A DNA stretch of 59,341 nucleotides, filler included. It is 4 parts of 4 records of this genome, joined end to end, with 100 filler letters (N's around TTAATTAATTAA, not from the genome) between each part and the next. Parts side by side here need not be neighbours in the genome. Positions count along the whole stretch, not along the records: positions 28,612 to 45,156 come from DRR723986_10628; 3 more parts are not named here. The stretch is one strand, 5' to 3'. Below are positions 30,258-39,511 of this stretch, in pieces; the stretch's first letter is position 1, and each line of letters begins with the position of its first letter. The position numbers and the translations under genes were made by a program. The notes beneath the pieces are model-generated. The model saw only the letters and a program-made list of their open reading frames with translations, was not told the DNA's origin and searched no databases.

Positions 30258-31084
30258 TGCCGACGGAACGTATTACCGCTGCCTTCGACCGCGCGAAGGT
30301 GGACAAGCGCGCAGTCCTTGTCTCTTATCTCATGGCCGGCGATCCGGATCTTGAGACGAGCTATGAGGCGCTTTGCGCCCTTCGCGACAATGGCGCTGAC
30401 ATTATCGAGCTTGGCGCGCCCTTCACCGATCCCATGGCCGATGGCCCGGCGATCCAGCGGGCCGGCCTGCGTGCGCTGGCAGCGAAGACGAAGCTGACGG
30501 ATGTTTTGGCGCTCATCGCCCGGTTCCGTGAAAGCGACCAGACGACACCGATCATCATTATGGGTTATGCCAACCCGGTCCATTCCATGGGCTATGGCGC
30601 CTTTGCTGAAGCGGCCCACAAGGCGGGTGTCGATGGCACGATCATCGTGGACCTGCCACCGGAAGAAGATAGCCCGCTGCGGGAAGAATACGCAAAATAC
30701 GGCCTCTCGGTGATCCGGCTCGCCACGCCAACGACCCATGAAGCACGTATGAAAAAGGTCGCCGAAGGCGCTTCTGGCTTCCTTTATTTCGTCTCGGTGA
30801 CCGGTGTGACCGGGGCCGGAAGCGCCGATCCGGCCAAAATTGCCGGGAACATTGACATGGCCCGGCGCGTTTCAGGCTTGCCTGTTTGTGTGGGTTTCGG
30901 TGTAAAAACCGGTGCACAGGCTGCGGAAATGGCTAAAATTGCCGATGGGGTTGTCGTAGGCAGTGCTTTCGTGGAGCATGCAGAAGCGGCTCACGAATCA
31001 GGGGATTTGGCCCGTGCGCCCCAGGGAATGGGGGCTCTGGCCAAGGAACTGAGCAGCGCGATCGCAGGGGTCGCAAAGCCGTAG
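30257..31084 (+). CDS. trpA: tryptophan synthase alpha chain
   Basis: YLMAGDP, ELGAPFTDPMADGPAIQ, VDLPPEE, VSVTGVTG, GFGV, DGVVVGSA. Confidence 0.97.
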   Translation: MPTERITAAFDRAKVDKRAVLVSYLMAGDPDLETSYEALCALRDNGADIIELGAPFTDPMADGPAIQRAGLRALAAKTKLTDVLALIARFRESDQTTPIIIMGYANPVHSMGYGAFAEAAHKAGVDGTIIVDLPPEEDSPLREEYAKYGLSVIRLATPTTHEARMKKVAEGASGFLYFVSVTGVTGAGSADPAKIAGNIDMARRVSGLPVCVGFGVKTGAQAAEMAKIADGVVVGSAFVEHAEAAHESGDLARAPQGMGALAKELSSAIAGVAKP

Positions 31085-31112
31085 TGGCTGTTACAGCCGT
31101 GGAGGTTGTCGG

Positions 31113-32078
31113 ATGAACTGGATCAACAAGGTCACGCCGCCGGGCCTGAAGACCATGCTGACAAAGCGTGATACGCCTGATGATCTGTGGGTGAAATGCC
31201 CGCTATCCGGTGAATTGGTCTACAAGACCGATCTGGAAGAGAACTGGTATGTGACGCCGGCCGGCGCACATATGCGCATCTCTCCCCGCACACGCTTCCG
31301 CCTCCTGTTCGATGATGAGCGCTGGGAGCCGATCGAGCTGCCGGGCGTCGCCATGGACCCGCTGAAATTCAAGGACGACAAGCCTTATCCGGCCCGCCTG
31401 AAGGCGGCCAAGGCCAAGATCGCGGCCCGTGAAAAGAAAGAAACCGAAGGCGGCGGCGCCCCGCTTCTGCAGGATGACTGCATGGTGGCGGCCTATGGCA
31501 AGATCGGCGGCGTTCCGGCTGTCGTTCTCGTTCAGGATTTTGCCTTCATGGGCGGCTCGCTCGGCATGGCAGCCGGGGAGGGGTTCATCACCGCCGCCCA
31601 TATGGCGCTGGCCCGCAAAGCCGCTTTTGTCGTCTGTACTGCTTCGGGCGGTGCACGCATGCAGGAAGGCACGCTCAGCCTGATGCAGATGCCGCGCACA
31701 ACGTTGGCCATCAATGAACTGGCCGAAGCGAAACTGCCTTATGTCGTCGTGCTGACCGACCCGACCTCGGGCGGCGTGTCGGCTTCCTATGCGATGCTGG
31801 GCGATGTCCACATCGCCGAGCCTGGCGCGATGATCGCCTTTTCCGGCCCGCGCGTGATTGAACAGACAATCCGCGAGAGCCTGCCCAAAGGCTTCCAGCG
31901 GTCCGAATTCCTGCGCGAAAAAGGCCAGGTCGATATCGTGGTCGACCGCCGCAAGATGAAGGACACGCTTTCGCGCGTGCTTTCCATGCTGATGCCCAAG
32001 TCGCGCCGCGCCAGCGACAGCATGCCGGCGTCGCTCAATCCGCCAAAAACGCACGTTGCCAAGGGCAAGACTGATTGA
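31113..32078 (+). CDS. accD: acetyl-CoA carboxylase carboxyltransferase beta
   Basis: FMGGSLG, SGGARMQEG, PTSGGVSASYA, FQRSEFL. Confidence 0.96.
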   Translation: MNWINKVTPPGLKTMLTKRDTPDDLWVKCPLSGELVYKTDLEENWYVTPAGAHMRISPRTRFRLLFDDERWEPIELPGVAMDPLKFKDDKPYPARLKAAKAKIAAREKKETEGGGAPLLQDDCMVAAYGKIGGVPAVVLVQDFAFMGGSLGMAAGEGFITAAHMALARKAAFVVCTASGGARMQEGTLSLMQMPRTTLAINELAEAKLPYVVVLTDPTSGGVSASYAMLGDVHIAEPGAMIAFSGPRVIEQTIRESLPKGFQRSEFLREKGQVDIVVDRRKMKDTLSRVLSMLMPKSRRASDSMPASLNPPKTHVAKGKTD

Positions 32079-33328
32079 GCGGAGACAGTGCGGCCCTCGC
32101 CGCAGCGCTGAAGCGTTTCGAAGGGCTCTATCCTGAGACGATACACCTGTCGCTGGGACGGGTCGAAGCTGCTCTGGAAGCGCTCGGCCGCCCTCAGGAC
32201 CGTCTGCCACCTGTCATTCACGTCGCCGGCACGAACGGGAAGGGATCCACCAGCGCCTTCATGCGCGCGATGGCTGAAGCGGCGGGCCTGAAAGTCCATG
32301 TCTTCACCAGTCCACACCTCGTGCGCTTCAATGAGCGTATCCGGCTGGCAGGCGAAATCGTGGACGATGAGCGCCTGATCAGCTTGCTGGAGCGGACCTA
32401 TGAGGCCATCAAAGGCCAGGAAATCACCCACTTCGAGGCGACGACAGCGACGGCGCTGCTGGCCTTTTCCGAAGTGCCTGCGGACCTCCTGATCCTCGAA
32501 GTCGGCCTAGGCGGGCGCTACGACGCGACCAATGTGATCGAGCAGCCAGCGCTTTGCGTGATCACGCCGGTGGACTTCGATCACAAGGCCTTTCTTGGCT
32601 CGGACATCCGCAAGATCGCCGGCGAGAAGGCGGGCATCATCCGGCCCGGCCGCCCGGTGCTGAGCGCGATCCAGCGCAAGGTTTGCGATGATGTGATTAC
32701 GGCTGAAGCAGCGCTGAAAGGCGCCCCGCTTTACAAGCTCAAGGCGCACTTTATCGATGCCATGCCGGATCATATCGGACTTATAGGGGAGCATCAGCGG
32801 GCCAATGCGGCACTTGCCGCGATGGCGATGCAGCTGTTCGGCAATTCCACCGGAATTCCGCAGGACGCCATATTCGAGGGGGCTCGCACCGCGACCTGGC
32901 CGGCCCGCATGCAGCGCCTGAAGGATGGCCCGCTCACCGCGCTCGTGCCAGGCAAGGAGGTCTGGCTGGACGGCGGTCACAACCCGCATGCCGCCCGGGC
33001 GATTGCCCGCCACCTGGCAAAGCAGGATGGGAAGACGGTGCTGGTTTCGGCCATGCTGGCGTCGAAGGATGCGACGGGCTTCTTCCTGCCGTTCCGGTCT
33101 CTGCGTCCCCAGGTCTTCACCGTGCCGAACGCGCCGGGCCACCGGGCAGCCGCACCGCAGGAACTGGCCGAGGCGGCAAATACGGCCGGACTTGAGGCCG
33201 TGGCGTGCGATAGTCTGGAAGCGGGCCTCAAAGCCGCGGCCGAAACCGGGGCCGACCGGATCCTGATCTGCGGATCGCTCTATCTGGCCGGGGAAGTCCT
33301 GTCGAAGAATGGGGAAGAGCCGGTCTGA
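32075..33328 (+). CDS. folC: folylpolyglutamate synthase/dihydrofolate synthase
   Basis: HVAGTNGKGS, FTSPHL, EVGLGGRYDATN, DGGHNP, CGSLYLAG. Confidence 0.96.
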   Translation: MSGDSAALAAALKRFEGLYPETIHLSLGRVEAALEALGRPQDRLPPVIHVAGTNGKGSTSAFMRAMAEAAGLKVHVFTSPHLVRFNERIRLAGEIVDDERLISLLERTYEAIKGQEITHFEATTATALLAFSEVPADLLILEVGLGGRYDATNVIEQPALCVITPVDFDHKAFLGSDIRKIAGEKAGIIRPGRPVLSAIQRKVCDDVITAEAALKGAPLYKLKAHFIDAMPDHIGLIGEHQRANAALAAMAMQLFGNSTGIPQDAIFEGARTATWPARMQRLKDGPLTALVPGKEVWLDGGHNPHAARAIARHLAKQDGKTVLVSAMLASKDATGFFLPFRSLRPQVFTVPNAPGHRAAAPQELAEAANTAGLEAVACDSLEAGLKAAAETGADRILICGSLYLAGEVLSKNGEEPV

Positions 33329-33352
33329 CGGCCTGAACACATGACCGGACAT

Positions 33353-33385
33353 GGAAAAAGGGCGGCCAATCAGGCCGCCCTTTCC
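33353..33385. terminator. intrinsic terminator between convergent folC and mscL
   Basis: GGAAAAAGGGCGGCC-AATCA-GGCCGCCCTTTCC; the stronger U-tract is on the minus strand. Confidence 0.85.
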
Positions 33386-33423
33386 ACTCTACGCGTACTC
33401 TACTGTCCGGGAGTATGGTTCTT

Positions 33424-33438
33424 GAACCTTAACAGAAC
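33424..33438. promoter_or_regulatory. alphaproteobacterial LexA (SOS) box-like GAAC-N7-GAAC
   Basis: GAAC CTTAACA GAAC, an exact match to the consensus. Confidence 0.4.
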
Positions 33439-33460
33439 CCGAACATGGTGACCGCAGGGC

Positions 33461-33874
33461 CTAGCTGGACTGTTTTGCCAGAAGGTTGCGGATTTCTTCC
33501 AGAAGCACTTCCTGGCGCGGCGGAGCCGGCGGCGGCGCAGCTTCTTCTGCCTTCTTCATTTTGTTCATGCCCTTGATGATGAGGAACATGACGAAAGCAA
33601 CGATGATGAAGGAGATGATGGCGGAGATGAAATTGCCGAGCTCGACAACAGCTGCAGGCGTTACGACTTCACCGGCTTCATCGACGACTTCCGGTGTGAT
33701 CGTGAAGGCGATGGAGGACAGGTCGATCCCGCCCATGACCGGGGCCAGCAGCGGCAGGAAGACGCCCTGGATGAAGGCGGTCACAACCGTGGCGAACGCG
33801 CCGCCCATGACAAAGCCGACGGCCATGTCGATCAGATTGCCCTTGAGAGCGAATTCCTTGAATTCTTTAAGCAT
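33461..33874 (-). CDS. mscL: large-conductance mechanosensitive channel
   Basis: MLKEFKEFALKGNLIDMAVG, LLEEIRNLL. Confidence 0.97.
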   Translation of the reverse strand: MLKEFKEFALKGNLIDMAVGFVMGGAFATVVTAFIQGVFLPLLAPVMGGIDLSSIAFTITPEVVDEAGEVVTPAAVVELGNFISAIISFIIVAFVMFLIIKGMNKMKKAEEAAPPPAPPRQEVLLEEIRNLLAKQSS

Positions 33875-33978
33875 TTATTTGCCCCCTCCTGAGGTTTCTA
33901 GCCAAAATACTTGTGGATTTGATCCTATTATTCGGCGAAACGGTCAAGGTAGCTCGTCATTTCGGGCGTTGTGGTGGC

Positions 33979-34278
33979 TTATCGCGCCTCGGGGTCTTCG
34001 CCGCCATTGACGCGGGCGCGCAATTCCTTGCCGGCCTTGAAGAAGGGGACGGACTTTGCCGGAACCTCTACTGGTTCGCCTGTGCGCGGGTTGCGCCCCT
34101 TGCGGGAATCGCGGTGGCGAACGGAGAACGCGCCGAAGCCGCGCAGTTCTACCCGGTCACCGCGGGCGAGCGCGGCGGCGATCTCGTCGAGGATAACATT
34201 CACGACCTTTTCCAGATCTTCCTGGCGCAGGTGCGAATACTCCGTAGCGAGTTTTGCGATAAGTTCTGACTTCAGCAT
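33979..34278 (-). CDS. ihfB: integration host factor beta
   Basis: [37 protein letters not shown]; downstream of rpsA. Confidence 0.95.
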   Translation of the reverse strand: MLKSELIAKLATEYSHLRQEDLEKVVNVILDEIAAALARGDRVELRGFGAFSVRHRDSRKGRNPRTGEPVEVPAKSVPFFKAGKELRARVNGGEDPEAR

Positions 34279-34389
34279 CCCATTGATATAAAACGCATTT
34301 GCGGCGGGAGCGCTAGGCCCCCGCCGCAAAGATTTCATCAAATTTAGAAAGCTGGTCCAGCCGGCCCGACCGGGCCGGCCTTAACCGGC

Positions 34390-36345
34390 TCAGCCCTGAA
34401 GGGCTGCAGCCTCGGCTTTCCAGTCAGCGCCTTTGCCAGACGTACCGACTTCTTCTTCCAGGGCGGCCAGCTGATCGTCCGTCATGGAAGCGATCTGCCA
34501 GAAGTGGAAGACGCCGGCATCGTTCAGCTTCTTCTCGAAGGCCGGGCCAACACCTTTGATCTGTTTCAGATCGTCAGCATCGCCCTGCGGAGCGGCCAGG
34601 CGGCCGTTCGCATCGGCATCGCCGGAAGCTGCTGCCGGAGCGGCGTCTTCCTTGGCGGAGCCGGAAGAGGCCAGGGCTGCGCCGAGGATATCCCCCAGCG
34701 ACGCGCCGGCATCTGCCGAACCGTACTGTGCGACGGCTTCTGCTTCTTCTGCAATTTCGAGTGCCTTGATCGAGAGCGACACGCGGCGCGAGCCACGATC
34801 GACCTGGATCACTTTGGCGTCGACCTTGTCGCCGACTGCGAAGCGTTCCGGACGCTGATCAGCGCGATCACGCGACAGATCGGAGCGGCGGATGAACGAC
34901 TTCATGGCTGGTTCGCCGAATTCGACTTCGATACCGCCCGAGGTGATCTCGGTGACGGTGCAGGTCACGGTCGCACCGCGCTTCACGCCGCCGGTGTTGA
35001 GCGATTCCATCGGATCGCCTGCCAGCTGCTTGATGCCCAGCGAGATACGCTCCTTGTCGACGTCGACGTCGAGCACTTTCGCCTTGACCACGTCGCCCTT
35101 GTTATAGGCTTCGATGGCCTGGTCGCCCGACTGTTCCCATGAGATGTCGTTGATGTGGACCATACCGTCCAGATCCGGGCCGAGGCCGATAAACAGACCG
35201 AACTCGGTGATGCCACGGACTTCGCCTTCGATCTCGGTGCCGATCGGATGCTCTGCCAGGAAGGCCGACCACGGATTGTCCATGGTCTGCTTGAGGCCGA
35301 GTGAGATGCGGCGCTTCTCGGAATCGACGTCCAGCACTTCCACATCGACTTCCTGGGATGTCGACAGGATCTTGCCGGGGTGCACGTTTTTCTTGGTCCA
35401 GCTCATTTCGGAGACGTGGATCAGGCCCTCCACACCGTCTTCCAGCTCCACGAAGGCGCCGTAGTCGGTGATGTTGGTGACAACGCCCTTGAGGCGGGCA
35501 CCAACCGGGTAACGCACATCGATGCCGTCCCACGGATCGGAGCCGAGTTGCTTCATGCCGAGCGAGATACGCTGGGTTTCCGGGTTGATCTTGATGATCT
35601 GGACTTCGACTTCTTGGCCGACTTCAACCACCTGCGACGGGTGATTGATGCGCTTGTAGGACATGTCGGTGACGTGCAGCAGGCCATCGATGCCGCCAAG
35701 GTCGACGAACGCACCATAGTCGGTGATGTTCTTGACGATACCCTTGCGGACGTCGCCTTCGGCCATGTCGGACACGATTTCCGCACGCTGTTCGGCGCGG
35801 CTCTCTTCAAGGATGGCACGGCGCGAGACAACGATGTTGCCGCGCGAGCGGTCCAGTTTGAGAACGGCGAACGGTTGCACTTCGCCCATGAGCGGGCCGA
35901 CATCGCGGACCGGGCGGATGTCCACCTGGGAGCCCGGAAGGAAGGCGTTGACGCCGCCGAGGTCGACCGTGAAGCCGCCTTTGACGCGGCCGGAGATCGC
36001 ACCTTTGACAGGTTCGTTGTCGTTGAAGCTCTTTTCGAGCTTGATCCAGCGCTCTTCGCGGCGGGCCTTGTCACGGGACAGGACGGCGTCGCCAAGGGCG
36101 TTTTCAATACGGTCGAGATAGACGTCGACGATGTCGCCGGATTTCGGCTGGTCGTCTTCCATCGAGAATTCGCGAAGCGGAATACGGCCTTCGGTCTTCA
36201 GGCCGATGTCGACGAGTACAGCATCGTTTTCAATGCGGATAACGGTGGCCGGGACAACCTGGCCTTCCTGCATTGCCGACGCCGCAGCCGACGATTCGAA
36301 CATGGAGGCGAAATCGTCGGTGGAGGGGTTCATTGAGTCAGTCAT
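34390..36345 (-). CDS. rpsA: 30S ribosomal protein S1 with C-terminal HhH extension
   Basis: Six S1 repeats (YGAFVDLGG, GLLHVTDMS, RISLG), GASLGDILG, then DDLKQIKGVGP. Confidence 0.97.
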   Translation of the reverse strand: MTDSMNPSTDDFASMFESSAAASAMQEGQVVPATVIRIENDAVLVDIGLKTEGRIPLREFSMEDDQPKSGDIVDVYLDRIENALGDAVLSRDKARREERWIKLEKSFNDNEPVKGAISGRVKGGFTVDLGGVNAFLPGSQVDIRPVRDVGPLMGEVQPFAVLKLDRSRGNIVVSRRAILEESRAEQRAEIVSDMAEGDVRKGIVKNITDYGAFVDLGGIDGLLHVTDMSYKRINHPSQVVEVGQEVEVQIIKINPETQRISLGMKQLGSDPWDGIDVRYPVGARLKGVVTNITDYGAFVELEDGVEGLIHVSEMSWTKKNVHPGKILSTSQEVDVEVLDVDSEKRRISLGLKQTMDNPWSAFLAEHPIGTEIEGEVRGITEFGLFIGLGPDLDGMVHINDISWEQSGDQAIEAYNKGDVVKAKVLDVDVDKERISLGIKQLAGDPMESLNTGGVKRGATVTCTVTEITSGGIEVEFGEPAMKSFIRRSDLSRDRADQRPERFAVGDKVDAKVIQVDRGSRRVSLSIKALEIAEEAEAVAQYGSADAGASLGDILGAALASSGSAKEDAAPAAASGDADANGRLAAPQGDADDLKQIKGVGPAFEKKLNDAGVFHFWQIASMTDDQLAALEEEVGTSGKGADWKAEAAALQG

Positions 36346-36494
36346 GTAAGGTTCCTGAGGCGGGGCGAACGGTTCAAGGCAGGCGCGCACCATTGCGGCC
36401 TGCTGGATCGACCCGAGAGCGTGGTCTCTTTAAATCTTCAGTGGTGCAGCCTGTTTGGATTTGAGGCCCCCTGCATTTACAGGAGAAAGCCCCT

Positions 36495-37133
36495 TCAGGT
36501 GCGGTTTCCACGGGCGAGGACGGCCTCAACGGCTGCCAGCGCCTTTTCCACTGCGGCTTCTATAGTTAGGTCAGTGGTATCGATCAAGACCGCATCTGCT
36601 GCCATGGCGGCCGGGGCATCCTTGCGATTCTGGTCACGCTGGTCGCGTTCGCGCAGCTGCTGGATCACCTGTTCGAGGGAAACCTCCTCGCCAAAGCCGA
36701 GAAGTTCCCGCCATCGCCGGTAGCCGCGCTGTTCGACATCGGCGTCGACCCAGAGTTTCACGTCGGCATCCGGGGCGATGACGGTGCCGATATCGCGGCC
36801 ATCGAGAAGCGCGCCGCCATCCTGCAGGGCGAAGGCGCGCTGCAGCTCGTAGAGGGCCTGGCGCACCCGGGGCAGGGCGCTGACCACGGAGGCGGCCTTG
36901 CCAGCCTCGGCGGTGCGAAGCTCGGCTTCTTCGAAATCATTAAGATCAAGGGAGGCGGCGACCTCTGCGAGGCGCGGTTCATCGTCCAGCGCGACGCCTT
37001 TCTTGAGCGCCGCAACGGCCGTCGCCCGGTAGAGCCGGCCGGTATCCATGTGCGGCAGGCCGTAGTGGCCTGCCAGCCGTTTCGAGATCGTGCCCTTGCC
37101 GGACGCCGTCGTGCCGTCGATCGCAATAATCAT
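36495..37133 (-). CDS. cmk: cytidylate kinase
   Basis: IAIDGTTASGKGT, DTGRLYR, DGRDIGTV. Confidence 0.96.
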   Translation of the reverse strand: MIIAIDGTTASGKGTISKRLAGHYGLPHMDTGRLYRATAVAALKKGVALDDEPRLAEVAASLDLNDFEEAELRTAEAGKAASVVSALPRVRQALYELQRAFALQDGGALLDGRDIGTVIAPDADVKLWVDADVEQRGYRRWRELLGFGEEVSLEQVIQQLRERDQRDQNRKDAPAAMAADAVLIDTTDLTIEAAVEKALAAVEAVLARGNRT

Positions 37134-37235
37134 GGCCGCGGGGAGTGGGTGAAGGCGCCGGCGAAGTCAAGCCGGTAACGGATCTTGAGGCCGCGTGGGA
37201 GTTTTTTGGCTGCGCGGCCTCCGGCCTTGCTGCTC

Positions 37236-37365
37236 GGTGCTGTTCGCGGGCTGAAGCCCGCGGCACCTGCGCCTGCGCGTTGCTTGTGGGGGAGAGCCAT
37301 CGCACGAGCGAAGCGAAGGCGCAGCGGCCCCGAGCCGTAGGCGAGGGAACCGCCGCGAGCAGTCC
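37236..37365. repeat. REP-like palindromic element(s)
   Basis: GGTGC..CGCGGGC-TGAA-GCCCGCG-GCACC hairpin and adjacent GC-rich GCGAAGC/GCCGTAGGC motifs. Confidence 0.5.
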
Positions 37366-38148
37366 TTATCTCGGCGCCATGCGGATCGCGCCGTCGAGGC
37401 GGATGCACTGGCCGTTGAAATAGGTGTTGCGGGCCAGCTCCATGGCCAGCGACGCATACTCCTCCGGCTTGCCGAGGCGCTTGGGGAAGGGGACCGAAGC
37501 AGCGAGGCTGTTCAGCACTTTCTCCGGCGCGCGCAACATCAGCGGCGTTGCGAAGATGCCCGGCATGATGGAGTTCACGCGGATGCCGATGTCCATCAGA
37601 TCCCGCGCCATGGGCAGGACAAGCCCGTTCACGCCCGCCTTGCAGGAACCGTAGACGACCTGGCCGATCTGCCCGTCCTGCGCGGCGACGGAGGCGGTCA
37701 GCGTGATGCAGCCGCGCTCGCCGTCTTCCAGTTCCGGCAGGGTCGACATGCCGAGGGCTGAGAGGGAGGCGATCCGGTAGGACGCGACGAGCACGCCTTG
37801 CGCGCCGAAGGCATAGTCTTCCGTCGGCAGGCGCCTGTAGCGGGCGTTTTCCTTGTCCCAGGACAGCGTCTTGCCGCCCTTGGCCGCCATGGCGCAGTGG
37901 ACGGTGATGCGTTCCTGGCCGTTTGCGGCGCGGGCCTTTTCGAAGCCGGCCACGCAGGAGTCTTCGTCCATGATGTTCACATTGCAGAAGATGCCGCCGA
38001 TTTCCTTGGCGGTGGCTTCGCCGGCTTCTTCATTGATATCGAAAATGGCGACCTTGGCGCCCGCCTTGGCGAGGGCGCGGGCGGTGGCCTGGCCGAGGCC
38101 CGAGGCGCCGCCCGTCACAACGGCCGCGGTTTCGTTCGTGATCTGCAT
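37366..38148 (-). CDS. SDR oxidoreductase (type II 3-hydroxyacyl-CoA dehydrogenase/HSD10-like)
   Basis: TGGASGLG, TASVAAQDGQIGQVVYGSCK, LPMARDL, IRLDGAIRM. Confidence 0.92.
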   Translation of the reverse strand: MQITNETAAVVTGGASGLGQATARALAKAGAKVAIFDINEEAGEATAKEIGGIFCNVNIMDEDSCVAGFEKARAANGQERITVHCAMAAKGGKTLSWDKENARYRRLPTEDYAFGAQGVLVASYRIASLSALGMSTLPELEDGERGCITLTASVAAQDGQIGQVVYGSCKAGVNGLVLPMARDLMDIGIRVNSIMPGIFATPLMLRAPEKVLNSLAASVPFPKRLGKPEEYASLAMELARNTYFNGQCIRLDGAIRMAPR

Positions 38149-38189
38149 GATGTTCCTCCGATTTTTTCTTTCTTGGGTCAGCGTTTGTG

Positions 38190-39272
38190 TCAGGCGTCTT
38201 CGGCGACGAAGCCCTTCCACGTCTTCATGTAAGCCAGGAAGGCGTCGCCCAGCCCTTCGGCGCGAAGGTGCGCTTCCGGCACGGGCAGGGCGATGGGTGC
38301 GAAGTCCGGATCGGCCTTCAGCATTTCCGGGAAGTCATGATGCAGGATGGCGCCGCGCCCGACGACGACGAAGTCGAGGCCCGCTTCCATCGCGTCCTTG
38401 CAGGCCGCGCCCGTGGTCAGCTTGCCCGCCGCGCCAAGGCGGCAGTCGCCGCGCGGCAGGTCCGTGAAACAGTCGATCAGACGCTTGCCTTTATAGGCCT
38501 CGTCCTGGGGTTCCTTGAACGTGTCCCAGAGGGACATGTCGAGATAGTCAACTTTGCCGCCTGTCATCACCTCGCCGGCGAGGCGGCGGATCTCGGTGAG
38601 GTCCATGCCGAAGCGCTCCGGCGACAGGCGCACGCCGAGGGAGAAGTCCTTACCGCACTCGTTGCGTACCGCATCGATCATGTCGGTCAGAAATTTCACG
38701 CGGTTCTCATAGGAGCCGCCCCACTCGTCATCGCGAAGGTTCACCTCACCGCTGATGAACTGGCAGATCAGGTAGCCATGTGCGCCGTGCAGTTCCACGC
38801 CGTGGAAACCGGCTTTCTCGGCGCGTTTGGCCGCGGTGACGAAGGCGTCGAAGGCTTCTTTCACCTCGTCGCCTGTCATGGCGCGCGCGCCGAATTCTTC
38901 ATTATCGGACGGGCAGATGGGGGCTTCGCCGATCAGTTCGGCGGGTGAGCGCATGCCCGCATGGTGCAGCTGGACGACCGAATGCGTGCCGGTCTTGTTG
39001 AGCGCCTCGGCAAGGCGCGAGAGGCCCGGCAGATGCTTGTCATCGAAAATGCCGAGCTGGCCGGGAAAGCCCTGGCCGATGGCCTGCACATGCGCCGCGC
39101 AGGTCATGGTCAGGCCGAAGCCGCCTTCGGCGCGATAGGTCAGCCAGCGGAACTCGTCGTCACTGAGTGTGCCGTCGGAATGGCTCTGCAGGTTGGTGAG
39201 CGGCGCCAGCATGAAGCGGTTCTTCATGGCCGGGCCATGGGCGAGGGTCAGGGGATCGAAAAGACTTGTCAT
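38190..39272 (-). CDS. NADH:flavin oxidoreductase (old yellow enzyme family)
   Basis: KNRFMLAPLT, GFHGVELHGAHGYLI, RDDEWGGS, GVRLSPE. Confidence 0.94.
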   Translation of the reverse strand: MTSLFDPLTLAHGPAMKNRFMLAPLTNLQSHSDGTLSDDEFRWLTYRAEGGFGLTMTCAAHVQAIGQGFPGQLGIFDDKHLPGLSRLAEALNKTGTHSVVQLHHAGMRSPAELIGEAPICPSDNEEFGARAMTGDEVKEAFDAFVTAAKRAEKAGFHGVELHGAHGYLICQFISGEVNLRDDEWGGSYENRVKFLTDMIDAVRNECGKDFSLGVRLSPERFGMDLTEIRRLAGEVMTGGKVDYLDMSLWDTFKEPQDEAYKGKRLIDCFTDLPRGDCRLGAAGKLTTGAACKDAMEAGLDFVVVGRGAILHHDFPEMLKADPDFAPIALPVPEAHLRAEGLGDAFLAYMKTWKGFVAEDA

Positions 39273-39326
39273 GCCCACACTTTGGCGCGGGCAGCGGAGA
39301 CGTCAATTCTGCCGCAGGGGCAGGGG
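39217..39326. repeat. direct repeat copy 1 (5' end and promoter of the OYE gene)
   Basis: Aligns with 42506-42613 (CTTCATGGCC.GGCCATGGGCGAG.GT.AGGGG ... TGTCATGCCC.CACTT.GGCGCGG ... AGACGTCAATT ... GGGGCAGGGG). Confidence 0.9.
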
Positions 39327-39511
39327 CGTATGACAGCGGCGTCTGGCCCTTTGCAGCCGTTCAGTCCGGAACGTTGGCCCGTACACTTCAGTGGAGTGCC
39401 CGAAGTTCGAATCCGGATTTTTCCATCCAAATGCTGACTTGAGGCGTTCATTGATGACGCTATCCTTCCAACCAGCACTGCCTGCGAGCGAGCGATTAAG
39501 AGGAAACGCAA

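Noticed and set aside
31113..31290. AccD lacking the four-Cys zinc finger
   Set aside because: Common in alphaproteobacterial AccD
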